DNA from: Octopus sinensis
Taxonomy: Eukaryota
Direction: 5' to 3'
Assembly: GCF_006345805.1 (NCBI RefSeq)
Contig: NC_043004.1
Location: 74,772,001-74,836,000 of the forward strand
Length of the DNA stretch: 64,000 nucleotides
A model generated the notes under the pieces. It ran no database searches, was not told the origin of the DNA, and saw nothing but the letters and a program-made list of their open reading frames with translations. Positions within the stretch are counted from its first letter, which is position 1. Each line of letters begins with the position of its first letter. Position numbers and translations under genes: made by a program. Below, piece after piece: positions 53,034 to 64,000 of this stretch.

Positions 53034-53774
53034 CGTATATACACACGAGTGACACAAGACAAAACCACACGCATGCGCGCAGATATTTTTCAGGCAAACG
53101 AGCAGGCACACGTACGTTTATAAACAAATGCAAGAATGTACATCCTTACACACACTTGCCCTTACATGCATCCTTAACACGCTCGCGCACGCGCATACAG
53201 AATGCACTAACACACGTATTCGTAGGCACACACGCACATACACACACACATACACACATACATACATATGTATATACACACATACTCATACAACCAATAA
53301 CACACCTACATCCACGTACTCATACGCCTGGTACACAGAGAAATATTTTCTCCAGCCGGTCCTGGTTCTGTTTGCTTTCAAGTTCCCACAGAGGCCCAAC
53401 AGACACCATGACACCGCCACCTTCCCGTCCAGCCAAGCTGTTCAAAAAATGTTCCTTTCTAATGTATCTAATGTATCTAATGTATCCTTTCTAATCTTAC
53501 TTCTAACAATCTCATGTGATCTGCTCTAACAAATAGCAGTCATCTTCCAGTAGCCATCTTCCTATATTTCTTCATTCGGTAATCTGAGCCTGAAGGAGAA
53601 CAGCATCAGTTAGAAGCCTGCGAAACTTTAAGTCACAAAGAGCGGAATAATAATAATGATCATATATGGTGCGGCACCTTGGACAAATGTTTTCTACTAT
53701 AGCCTCGGGCTAACCAAAACCTCATGTGTGGATTTGGTAGACGGAAACTGAAAGAGGCCCGTCGTATGTATATA

Positions 53775-54248
53775 TACAAAGTAGGTCAGACAGGTACAAT
53801 TTGGTCTGTGGTGTCTAAGTTTTTTTTCTTTTCAAGTGAAGCCATGGCGCTGTCAACGATAGATAATAGCGTGATTGCCTACGACAGTTACGAGAAGTAT
53901 AACGAGTCTGCCATAGCAGTTCAGCGGGACTTTTGGCGCCACTTCAACATTCACCGAAATCAGGCTGTTCCCAACTGTAACACTACGTTGAGTGAATGCA
54001 CTTCGTACACGAGGTACACTAATGAATAGGAAACCGGTGGGGGCGCCACTCGCGGTCAACTTCCAAGAACGCTATCAGAAATGCACCAATGAAAACGGAC
54101 ACCACATGATGGATGTTGTTTTCCTCACTTGATTTTGACAAATGTTAATTCAAAACGAACGCACTAATGTCAATAAAATTTGTTTGCAGCTAATATTAAT
54201 GATTTTGCGACTTTTTCATAAACGTCAGTCCTCTCTGCTCCACCCTGT
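53775..54248 (+). mobile_element. Internally deleted IS630/Tc1/mariner element (DUF4817-type HTH)
   Basis: AYDSYEKYNESAIAVQRDFWRHFNIHRNQAVP; right end CTGCTCCACCCTGT. Confidence 0.7.
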
Positions 54249-54327
54249 GTGTGTGTATGTATGTATATATATATATATGAAAAAACAAGTAAAAAATAGA
54301 AAATGCTAAAATAATTTTATAGTGAAC

Positions 54328-54373
54328 ATTTCAGTACCGGTTTCGGTCATTTTGAGACCTTTTCAACTGTAAC
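54328..54373 (-). ncRNA. Minimal hammerhead ribozyme, U3-A8 variant (left arm)
   Basis: Exact mirror of 57965-58010. Confidence 0.82.
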
Positions 54374-57300
54374 GATTAAATAATTAAATTTAGAAAAATT
54401 AGAAGAAAAGTTTTTTTAAAAGAATATTTCTATAGTAGTGTTCAGATTTAAGTGGCATTCTGCCTTTCTCTGACTCCCTTGTTTGCACTTGTGTGTTCGA
54501 GGTAGTTGTGAGCTCTTGGTAGGGTAGTAGAGAGAAGGCTGGTGAGGAAAGGGGGTGGGAGAATCTGGGAGTGCCCTGATGGTCGTATTTTGAATGGTCA
54601 GTGGCGGCTGGCAGTCTCAGTTCAATTCAGGAGAATATTTATATTGACAGGCTTCTTTATAGAATTAGCGTAGGTGTTATACTAAAAAACATTAGTGACA
54701 AACTTAAGGGGTAGGGGGTGGAGAAGAAGAAGAAGAAGAAGAAGAAGAAGAAGAAGAGAAGGAGAAGGAGAAGATGACGATGATGGTGATGGTGGTGATG
54801 ATTATGACGACGATGATGATGATAACGATGATGATGATGAAGAAGAAGAAGAAGAAGAAGAAGAAGGAGGAGAAGGAGAAGATGGTGGTGATGATGGTGG
54901 CGATGATGATGATGCCGATGATGATGATAACGATGATGATGAAGAAGAAGAGGAAGAAGAAGAAGAAAAAAACAGAGAAGGGAGAATATGAATGGGTGTA
55001 AATATAGCTATGAAGGGGCTGATCAGTAATGGATTCTATGGAGTGTAGTATTTGTGTGTGTATGTATATATATTTTTTTTTTTTTTCTGTTATTCTAAAG
55101 TTGAGGTATATTAATTGTTTGTCGTAGACCCGTTAAGAAGTGGCTTGTATTTTGTAATAAAGAGATTTTCTTTACTTATTCGTTGTCTCGAGGTTGTATC
55201 GTCCCTAAATTGGTAGAGGGGGAAAATTCTGAAGTTTGGTGTTTTTTTGTTGGCGCAAGTATCTATGTGTTGGCTAAAAGCTATTTTTCTGTTTTGGGGA
55301 ATTTTTATCTGGGATCTGTGCAGGGCCATTCGTTTACGCAAACTAGTTTTTTTTGGCCTATGTACTGCTCTTGACACCCGGAGCAGGTTAGTGAGTATAT
55401 TAGGTTCTCCGAAGCACATGTGAAGTTGCTTTTCACTGTAAAACGTTGTCCCTGTTTGAAGGAGAACTCAGAACCCTCGATTAGATAGTCGCATATCCCG
55501 CAATTGGGTCTTCCACATTTTTTTACTGTCGGCTTCTGTGTTGAAGAGTGAATTCGGGCTTGTGTAAGGAGACTTTTCATGGATCTAGGCTGTCTTTTGC
55601 TTTTTATGATCGTGTGTGTTTGGAGGATTGTGTTCATTCTGTGGTCTTTTTTTAGGAGGGGTATGTTGTGGAGGATGGTGTCGAAGGCTTCGTTATTGAG
55701 AGGGTTGTGTGTGGAGATGTATGGTAAGGCTTTTGGTTGTAAGTTTTTCTTTGATTTGGGATGTCTCAGTTCCTTGATGTTAAGTTGAAGGGCACGTTGA
55801 ATGCATTTGTCAATAAGTGAAGGTGGATAGTTCCTGGTGATTAGGGTATCTTTTAGTTCTTGTAGTCGTGTGTCTCTGGTGTTTGCGTTAGGGACTATAG
55901 TGCATATCCTTTTTGCTAGATTGAAGGGGATATTCATCCTGGTGTGTCTGGGGTGGCATGAATTGAATGGAAGATATTGCTTAGAGTCTGTAGGCTTATA
56001 GTATATGTCTGTTTCTATTATATTATTAGCTTTCTTAATGAGGATATCGAGGAAGGGGAGTTGTTGTTGGCTATATTCCATCGTGAATTGGATGTTTACG
56101 TCCAGTCCGTTTAAAATTTTCTGGAATTCTATGAGTTTTTCTATATTTTTATGCCAAAGGATGAAACAGTCATCTAGATATCTCTTCCAGTTGTTTTCTA
56201 TGTAGATGGAGAAAGGGCTGCCATATCTTTCTAGAACCTTACGATACAGACTGATCTCTAGGTATCCTATGACTAGGTTGGCAAAGGAGGGGGCCATTCG
56301 TGTACCCATCGCAGTCCCCGATTTTTGTCGGTAGAAGTTGTCATTGAAGGCGAAGAAGTTATTTTCCAGGATGAATTTAACCCCTTCTATCACAAATATC
56401 CCCTTCAATCTAGCAAAAAGGATATGCACTATAGTCTCTAACGCAAACACCAGAGACACACGACTACAAGAACTAAAAGATACCCTAATCACCAGGAACT
56501 ATCCACCTTCACTTATTGACAAATGCATTCAACGTGCCCTTCAACTTAACATCAAGGAACTGAGACATCCCAAATCAAAGAAAAACTTACAACCAAAAGC
56601 CTTACCATACATCTCCACACACAACCCTCTCAATAACGAAGCCTTCGACACCATCCTCCACAACATACCCCTCCTAAAAAAAGACCACAGAATGAACACA
56701 ATCCTCCAAACACACACGATCATAAAAAGCAAAAGACAGCCTAGATCCATGAAAAGTCTCCTTACACAAGCCCGAATTCACTCTTCAACACAGAAGCCGA
56801 CAGTAAAAAAATGTGGAAGACCCAATTGCGGGATATGCGACTATCTAATCGAGGGTTCTGAGTTCTCCTTCAAACAGGGACAACGTTTTACAGTGAAAAG
56901 CAACTTCACATGTGCTCCGGAGAACCTAATATACTCACTAACCTGCTCCGGGTGTCAAGAGCAGTACATAGGCCAAACAAAAAATGGTTTGCGTAAACGA
57001 ATGGCCCTGCACAGATCCCAGATAAAAATTCCCCAAAACAGAAAAATAGCTTTTAGCCAACACATAGATACTTGCGCCAACAAAAAAACACCAAACTTCA
57101 GAATTTTCCCCCTCTACCAATTTAGGGACGATACAACCTCGAGACAACGAATAAGTAAAGAAAATCTCTTTATTACAAAATACAAGCCACTTCTTAACGG
57201 GTCTACGACAAACAATTAATATACCTCAACTTTAGAATAAAAGAAAAAAAAAAAAAAAAAATATATATATATACACACACAAATACTACACTCCATAGAA

Positions 57301-57964
57301 TCCATTACTAATCAGCCCCTTCATAGCTATATTTACACCCATTCATATTCTCCCTTCTCTGTTTTTTCTTCTTCTTCTTCTTCCTCTTCTTCTTCATCAT
57401 CATCGTTATCATCATCATCGGCATCATCATCATCGCCACCATCATCACCACCATCTTCTCCTTCTCCTCCTTCTTCTTCTTCTTCTTCTTCTTCTTCATC
57501 ATCATCATCGTTATCATCATCATCGTCGTCATAATCATCACCACCATCACCATCATCGTCATCTTCTCCTTCTCCTTCTCCTTCTTCTTCTTCTTCTTCT
57601 TCTTCTTCTTCTTCTCCACCCCCTACCCCTTAAGTTTGTCACTAATGTTTTTTAGTATAACACCTACGCTAATTCTATAAAGAAGCCTGTCAATATAAAT
57701 ATTCTCCTGAATTGAACTGAGACTGCCAGCCGCCACTGACCATTCAAAATACGACCATCAGGGCACTCCCAGATTCTCCCACCCCCCTTTCCTCACCAGC
57801 CTTCTCTCTACTACCCTACCAAGAGCTCACAACTACCTCGAACACACAAGTGCAAACAAGGGAGTCAGAGAAAGGCAGAATGCCACTTAAATCTGAACAC
57901 TACTATAGAAATATTCTTTTAAAAAAACTTTTCTTCTAATTTTTCTAAATTTAATTATTTAATC

Positions 57965-58010
57965 GTTACAGTTGAAAAGGTCTCAAAATGACCGAAACCG
58001 GTACTGAAAT
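57965..58010 (+). ncRNA. Minimal hammerhead ribozyme, U3-A8 variant (right arm)
   Basis: GTTACAG-TTGAAAA(57972)-GGTC TCAAAAT GACC-GAAA(57994)-CCGG-TA-CTGAAAT. Confidence 0.82.
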
Positions 58011-58223
58011 GTTCACTATAAAATTATTTTAGCATTTTCTATTTTTTACTTGTTTTTTCATATATATCAACTCGTGTGTTCCTTTTCACCCTTATACATT
58101 TATATATACGTGTGAGTGTGTGTGTGCATTTGTGTATGTGTTTGTACCCCCAGTCAACGCTTGGAAAATAGTGTTGGTGTGTTTACGTCCCTGTAACTTA
58201 GATGTTTTGCAAACAACTTGGAC

Positions 58224-58616
58224 ATGCAAGTACTACGAGTCGAAAGCTCCGTATACCGGAAGCCAGCAAGCGTATCAGGAGAGAACGCGCACCGTTTCGG
58301 GGCCTAACTCACAACGGCATCATTGCACACCGGCTCCCCTCACTGACATGAGGCCCCGCTTGCTAGATCAACTGGTTATCAAATAGCTCAATATTCTTCT
58401 AGCCATCGCTCATCGCCTCTTTTTAATCAAATCCAGTGGCTAGCCATTTCCACTGTAGTTTGGATATCGTTCATGGTGTTATTTACCTACGATGAGTTAG
58501 GCCTAACGATAACAGCAGTCGCCTCACACTGTGTCTGACAAATCCTCTACATCTTGATAACTCCAAACACTTGATTGTTTCCGGTATGCGGAGCTTTCGA
58601 CTGATAGCACTTGCAT
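58224..58616. mobile_element. MITE-like element with ~38-bp TIRs
   Basis: ATGCAAGTACTACGAGTCGAAAGCTCCGTATACCGGAA 58224-58261 / TTCCGGTATGCGGAGCTTTCGACTGATAGCACTTGCAT 58579-58616. Confidence 0.72.
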
Positions 58617-60109
58617 ACTTTTACTTTTTTACCTTTTACTTGTTTCAGTCATTTGATTGTGGCCATGCTGGAGCACCGCATTTAGTCGAACAAATCCACC
58701 CTAGGACTCATTCTTTTTCAGATAGAATATTGTTTAAATAGAGCAGCACTGTTGTTCTTTCTTTTTAGTCAAATTTTGTTGTTCAGGTCATATTCTCTTT
58801 TAGGATATCTAATTAATCAGATTGTTTATTGATTCTGTCAGTTTTCAATCAATTACAACTATCGATCATGACAGAAGTTATAATGAGAACATCTGTTGCA
58901 ACTTAGTGGATCTCTTTGACAAGCATCGACCAAAAGAAAGATAAATGAAATATAAATTTTGAAAATTTAAATTTTACAATTACACACACATAATGCACAA
59001 ACACACGCACACATACACACACGTATGTGTGTGTATGTGTGTGTGTTTGTGTATGCGTGTGTGAAAAATGTATAAACAAACAATGTAACGTATACTGGAT
59101 GTAAAAATGATGGGAACACAAACAGGAGGTTCGTAATTTTCATCAGTTATCGACCAACTGGTATAATTCAGTTTCGCACCCTTAACGGTAAGACTGAGTA
59201 ATTTCCAATTGGCGGTGCCCCTAAAAGAATGTTTTCTTACGGAGAATTAGGGATAAGAGTAAATAAAAGAAAACAAAACAAGCAAAACAACACAGCGTAT
59301 GATTTAGGACGGTGGACGAAGACGAACAGTCGAACTAAATATGGCCTTGGGGCCACGGAGACAAGAACAGTGGGTAATGCTTATAAAATGTCTTGAAGGT
59401 GCAGGAGTAACTGTATGGTAAGAAGCTTGCTTCTCGACGGTTTGTGATACAATGCCGGCGTGTCTCGAAGTACCTTCCGTGGGAGTTGTGCCACCGAAGG
59501 TGGAAACTGTAGATCCTTCCCATGCTGTGGAGGAGGAGTTTGTGGTCTTCTTCCATAAGGGAGGGACAATAGAAAACTTCATTAAGAGGTTTAAAAGGAA
59601 AGGCCGAAGGGAGGGGATTCTATCCTGCACGGAGGACCCTGACTGGCCTTCGCAGGTGGCTGCGGAGAGCATATGAGAAACGGATCTGTGCAGGATAATG
59701 AACTCCTTCCCGTCGGGCACTTTTAATTTTGCATTAAAGCGGCGGGACTTGACACCGTCCAGGTGTTTGACCAAGGCAAGAAGTCTAGTCAGGCAGGAAG
59801 ATTTATACTTAATTAAAGTAAGAGGCTTAGTGCCTCATTTGTATTGTTTCATTGATTTATAATTGACTTGTGTAAGAGGTTCACTACCTCACTATGGCTT
59901 TCTTGTTCTCAATGCAAAAGGTTTATTGCCTCCTTGATGTCTTACTACGTAAGAGGTTTGTTGCCTCAATATGATACTTATAAGAACAATGTACTCAGGT
60001 AAACAACAATCGGCGGGCGTTGCTGTTGCCCTCATTATTATCATATCGTTTACCATTTCATCTCATTATGTCCTTGTCCAGCTCGCAACTTCCTTTCTTC
60101 GTAAGGCCT

Positions 60110-60490
60110 TTATGGCCAATTTAATGAATAAAAGAAGCTTGCTTCCCAACCACATGATTCTAAGTCCAATCTCACTGCGGAGAATTTTGGGCAAGTGTCT
60201 TCTACTATAACTTCGGGCCGAGCAAAGCTTTGTGAGTGGAGTTGACAGACGGAAACTGGAAGAAGCCCGTCGTATAAACACATATATGTATATATTTGTG
60301 TGTCTGTATTTGTCATCCCACCATCGCTTGGCAACAATGTTCGAGTGTTTACTTCCCCGTAATTTAATGGTTCGGCAAAAGAGACCGATAGAATAAGTAC
60401 TAGGCTTACAAAGAATGAGTTTGTTCGACTAAAGGCGGTGCTCCAGCATGGCTGCAGTCAAAATGACTGAAACGAGTAAAAGAATAAAAG
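60110..60490 (+). mobile_element. Composite SINE (Meta-like core plus tail)
   Basis: Same structure as 51016. Confidence 0.8.
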
Positions 60491-60669
60491 AATATATATC
60501 ACTCAACTCAAATAAAATATTTTATTAAGCTCTACTATGTTATTGAGTAATATTTTTTCCGATAGTGTACATATTGTATACGTATACGTGTACATATATC
60601 TTATCTATCGATACATACATATATGTGTTTGTATGTGTGCGTGTGTACATACATACTTATACATACACA

Positions 60670-60778
60670 CACACACACGCGCATATGTGTGTGTGTGTGT
60701 GTGTGTGTGCGTGTGTGTGTGTGTGTGTGTATGTGTGTGTGTGTGTGCGTGTGTGTGTGTGTGTGTGTATGTGTGTGT

Positions 60779-60820
<42 letters not shown>
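60670..60820. repeat. (GT)n microsatellite
   Basis: Long imperfect GT run. Confidence 0.97.
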
Positions 60821-60824
<4 letters not shown>

Positions 60825-60871
60825 CATTTGAGAATCCGATTCGAAATTTCTAGGACTGAACATGTTGTAAG

Positions 60872-63276
60872 TAGGGGTTGTAAAAAATTAATTGATGAAA
60901 AATTAATCGCATTATATTGGTCTAATTAATTTATTGGAGTCGTACTGCCAATTAAAACAATTGATTGCTATCATATCAATTAATTGCAATTAATTACAGT
61001 TAATTGCAACATTGTCAGCGAAAGTTTTTCAAATGGCTCACACTTCATTCGACGTTCAATTGGCAAATACAGCGTTCTGTTACTATTTGAGGAATTGTGT
61101 TGGCGCTTTGTTCTGGCTGCTGAGAATGATTCATACATTTTGTCGTGCTTAGGAATTGGCTATTTTGTATGTTGTCAAATAATCGCTGCCGAGTGATTCT
61201 TGGTTCTGACTGTCGAGAATGATTCACACATTCCGTCTTCAAGTCATTAAATCCTAACTTCGCCTGCAACGCGGTTGTATTTTGAATTCCGCTCCAGCAT
61301 ATTAACTGAATCAGATTTTCATCAGCGGAGTGGCGAAGTATATACTATTTGAAACTGTGGCGAAATATCTTTTATTTTAAAGTAACCCATGCCGCGTGAA
61401 AACGAGCAAGTTCTCAGAAAATATTTTAACTAGACAATGAACATATATGGAAATGCAAGTGCGGAAAAAAGTTGACCCAGAAAAAAGTAACTGAATGAAC
61501 AAATCTTCTGTATCATATACAAAAAAAACAGCAACCAGAGTATTCTACTACACAAGCAACTGGACAACCATCTTTATTGAGTTTTCTTTCACCAAGAATT
61601 AGTTTGGTCAGTCGCTCGGTTTTAAATGTTTATGGTGGTTTGAGAGGGTATGTGTTGGTTTAAAACCATTTTATTTTATTGAAGACCCACTGACTCGTAA
61701 GTGCACAAACTTGGAAAGTATGACAAATGTGAACTTAAAGAAATACATGGGGAAACTTACTCAAGAAGTGGAAAAGAAAATATCTGATGAACTTCCAGGT
61801 AAATTTTCGTTAGTAATCGACGGTTGGACTAAGGGCTCGACGCATTTCATTGGACTTCTGGCATTTTCTTCGTGCAATTATCAAAATGATTATTGCACTA
61901 TTTTGCTGGCATTTTCGCCAATGGTAAATGAAACATCGTTCACTACTTCTGATTATGTCGTGTATGTGTTAAGTTTCTATAACAAAAATTAAGAAAATGT
62001 TGTAGCTATTACTGGAGGTAATACTGAAGTGAAAAAACCTATAGCGAATTTGTGTAGAATAACATTGATTGGATGTGCCTCTCATAAATTCAATCTAGTT
62101 GTTTCTGCTTATTCTAGACAAGCAGGAAGTTCTGTATGATAAGATTAAAACGTTGATGGGTAAGCAAAAATCATTAAAACTTGCGAGTAAACCTCGGGAA
62201 AAAACGTCTTTGCAACATGACATGATTGAGAGGTACATCTAACTCAAGCTATTTTTAGAATCTTTTCAAGGCGATCCAAAGCTGGTTGAGTATCTGCTGT
62301 CTCCATGCGATCATAATGATCTGCAGACTCTAAAAGACAATTTCGGAAAGTTACGCTCAGTAACAGTCGCCTTGCAAAGAACAGAAATAGAATTGGGAGC
62401 TGCTCGAATTCTTTTTTACGAAATTCTCGCATTGTATCCTTACGAGGATTTTTTGAAATATTTGCTTCCATCGGCAGCCATTGTGCACAGCCCAAATTTT
62501 GAAAGTGGAGTTGTGAAAATTTTACAAAATGCAGAAGCAGAGCTACCTGCGGATGAAGTGGCTGCTGCTCTACATCAGCTGAAAGGGGTGACAGTCATGT
62601 CGCAACAGTCTGATTTTTCTGTAGAAGATGATGATTTTGCTTCAACTTGTTTGAAAAAACACAAAAAAGATAAAATTTCATTTCAGCAATATCTGAACTG
62701 TAGATTTTTGTTACCAATGTCCAACATCCTGGAACATTTCTTCAGCTCAGCAGGTTACGCTTTTAATGATTTTTCGGCAATAATTAACGCCAATGAATTT
62801 AGAAAAGCAATTATTTCTAAACGTCAATCGCGCTTTCTGGGATGAAGAACTAGTTTCAAAAATCTGAAATCGTTCGTGACCTTTTGCTATATTAGAACAT
62901 TTTAAATGTGTTACTCCTTTGAGAAACTCTTTCAATTATAGGCTTTCAATTTATTTGTTTTTCAACTTCTGTACAATGTAGAGTATAATGTTGTTTGTTT
63001 CCTATTCTAAATCAATAAAATTGATCTTTGAACGTCTTCTGATAATCATGTTTTTTGAAACTATAAGACGTGCCTTTTATTTTCTTATCATTTTAGTTCT
63101 TATCTAAATCGAAGCTAACACTCCAAAATATATGATGTTTTTACGTTCAGTAAAATAACTGACAATTAATTGCAACAAATTGCAATAATTGATTGGCCTG
63201 TATTCCAATTAAAATCAATTGATTGCTAAGAAAATAATTGATTGAGAAGGTTCCAATCAATTATTTACAACTCCTG
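60872..63276 (+). mobile_element. Full-extent but degenerate hAT transposon with TIRs
   Basis: TIRs TAGGGGTTGTAAAAAATTAATTGA / TCAATTATTTACAACTCCTG, and CAATTA(A)TTG subterminal repeats. Transposase motifs LPGKFSLVIDGWT, IGCASHKFNLVV, SPNFESGVVK and PMSNILEHFFS; multiple stops. Confidence 0.88.
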
Positions 63277-64000
63277 GATTTTTCAGATTTCAGAATATCT
63301 TTATATTTGCATCTATAAAATGGAACAGCCTGGAGATGGAACCGAAGTCTAAACACATTATACATTTACATTTCATAAAATAGATTATATTCTAAATGTA
63401 CTTATACATAGATTTTTTTATAATTTTTTAAATACATTATACCAGCTGAAGGGTATGATATCAGTCCCCAACTAGGATGTCATGGTTCGATTGATAGGTT
63501 TCTGTGCACGTACCCCATTTGTATTTTGGTTTTTACAAAACAGGTATTTTATGTAAAGTAAGTATTGAACATGATTACAAGTTAATAAAAAGAAAGCTGT
63601 TAAGAGTCAGCATTTCATTGTTAAAGTATTTTGTAAATAATGACAATTGTCATGTTGCACTCATACATAGATGATCTCACGTTTTGTGCTTACATTGAAC
63701 AAGAAATGAAACTCTCGATCGTGTGTGTACTGACGAGGGCCAGATCAAGGTACTGGCAACTCGGGCAATAGCCTGAGGCACCATGTGCTAGAGAGCGCCA
63801 AGGAGGGCGTGACAAAGACAAGGAAAACTTACGTTCATGCAACTGCAAGTCTAGATGGGGAGACCGGGGTAGTCCGCTTCGGGTAGCGCTTTTATGGGGG
63901 GGGGGGTGACTGTTTACAAAAACGGAATATTCCACAAAGTATTGCGAAGGTTCCATGTTGTACATGTGCATACTGTTATGACACAAGGGCTGCCCCGGGC

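Larger units (their letters stand above)
54271..58067. mobile_element. Young Penelope-like element in inverted arrangement: a minus-strand copy 54271-56392 plus a plus-strand partial copy 56395-58067
   Basis: RT motifs YRQKSGTAMGT, RYLDDCF, FLDILI, DIYYKPTDS and GIY-YIG LIYSLTCSGCQEQYIGQT..RMALH. Arms 54271-55934 and 56395-58067 are near-identical reverse complements, including the GAA/GAT tract. Confidence 0.97.

Noticed and set aside
54695-55001. Poly-Arg/Asp/Glu and poly-Met/Lys ORFs (mirrored at 57308-57619)
   Set aside because: GAA/GAT trinucleotide tract in the PLE 3' region, not a gene.
63730-64000. GC-rich end of the window with AGGGCCAGATCAAGG, a possible hAT MITE
   Set aside because: It is cut by the window edge and the second TIR is not visible.
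1-64000. Additional galaxin-like paralogue exons
   Set aside because: I looked for further CC-doublet exons and signal-peptide exons on both strands and found none; a manual scan could miss diverged copies.

Overview
AT-rich, microsatellite-dense eukaryotic DNA. It is almost certainly a cephalopod and probably Octopus, inferred from the tRNA-derived SINE families and the repeat landscape. Most of the window is transposon debris: CR1/L2-type LINEs, R4/Dong REL-endonuclease LINEs, Penelope-like elements (PLEs), Tc1/mariner, hAT, Helitrons, SINEs and MITEs. I can support one host gene, which the ORF track misses. It is a two-exon gene (32331-32379 + 36591-36829, + strand, with TATA, Inr and AATAAA) for a 95-aa secreted, 10-Cys galaxin-like mini-protein. 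The most striking non-coding signal is a set of about 11 type I minimal hammerhead ribozyme (HHR) motifs. Three sit in a ~428-bp tandem plus inverted repeat that looks like a non-LTR retrozyme (10803-12017). Others face outward from two PLE palindromes (26569-28012 and 54271-58067), and the latter pair carries the compensatory U3-A8 core variant. All alignments and folds were read by eye, and family names come from recalled motifs, not database searches.
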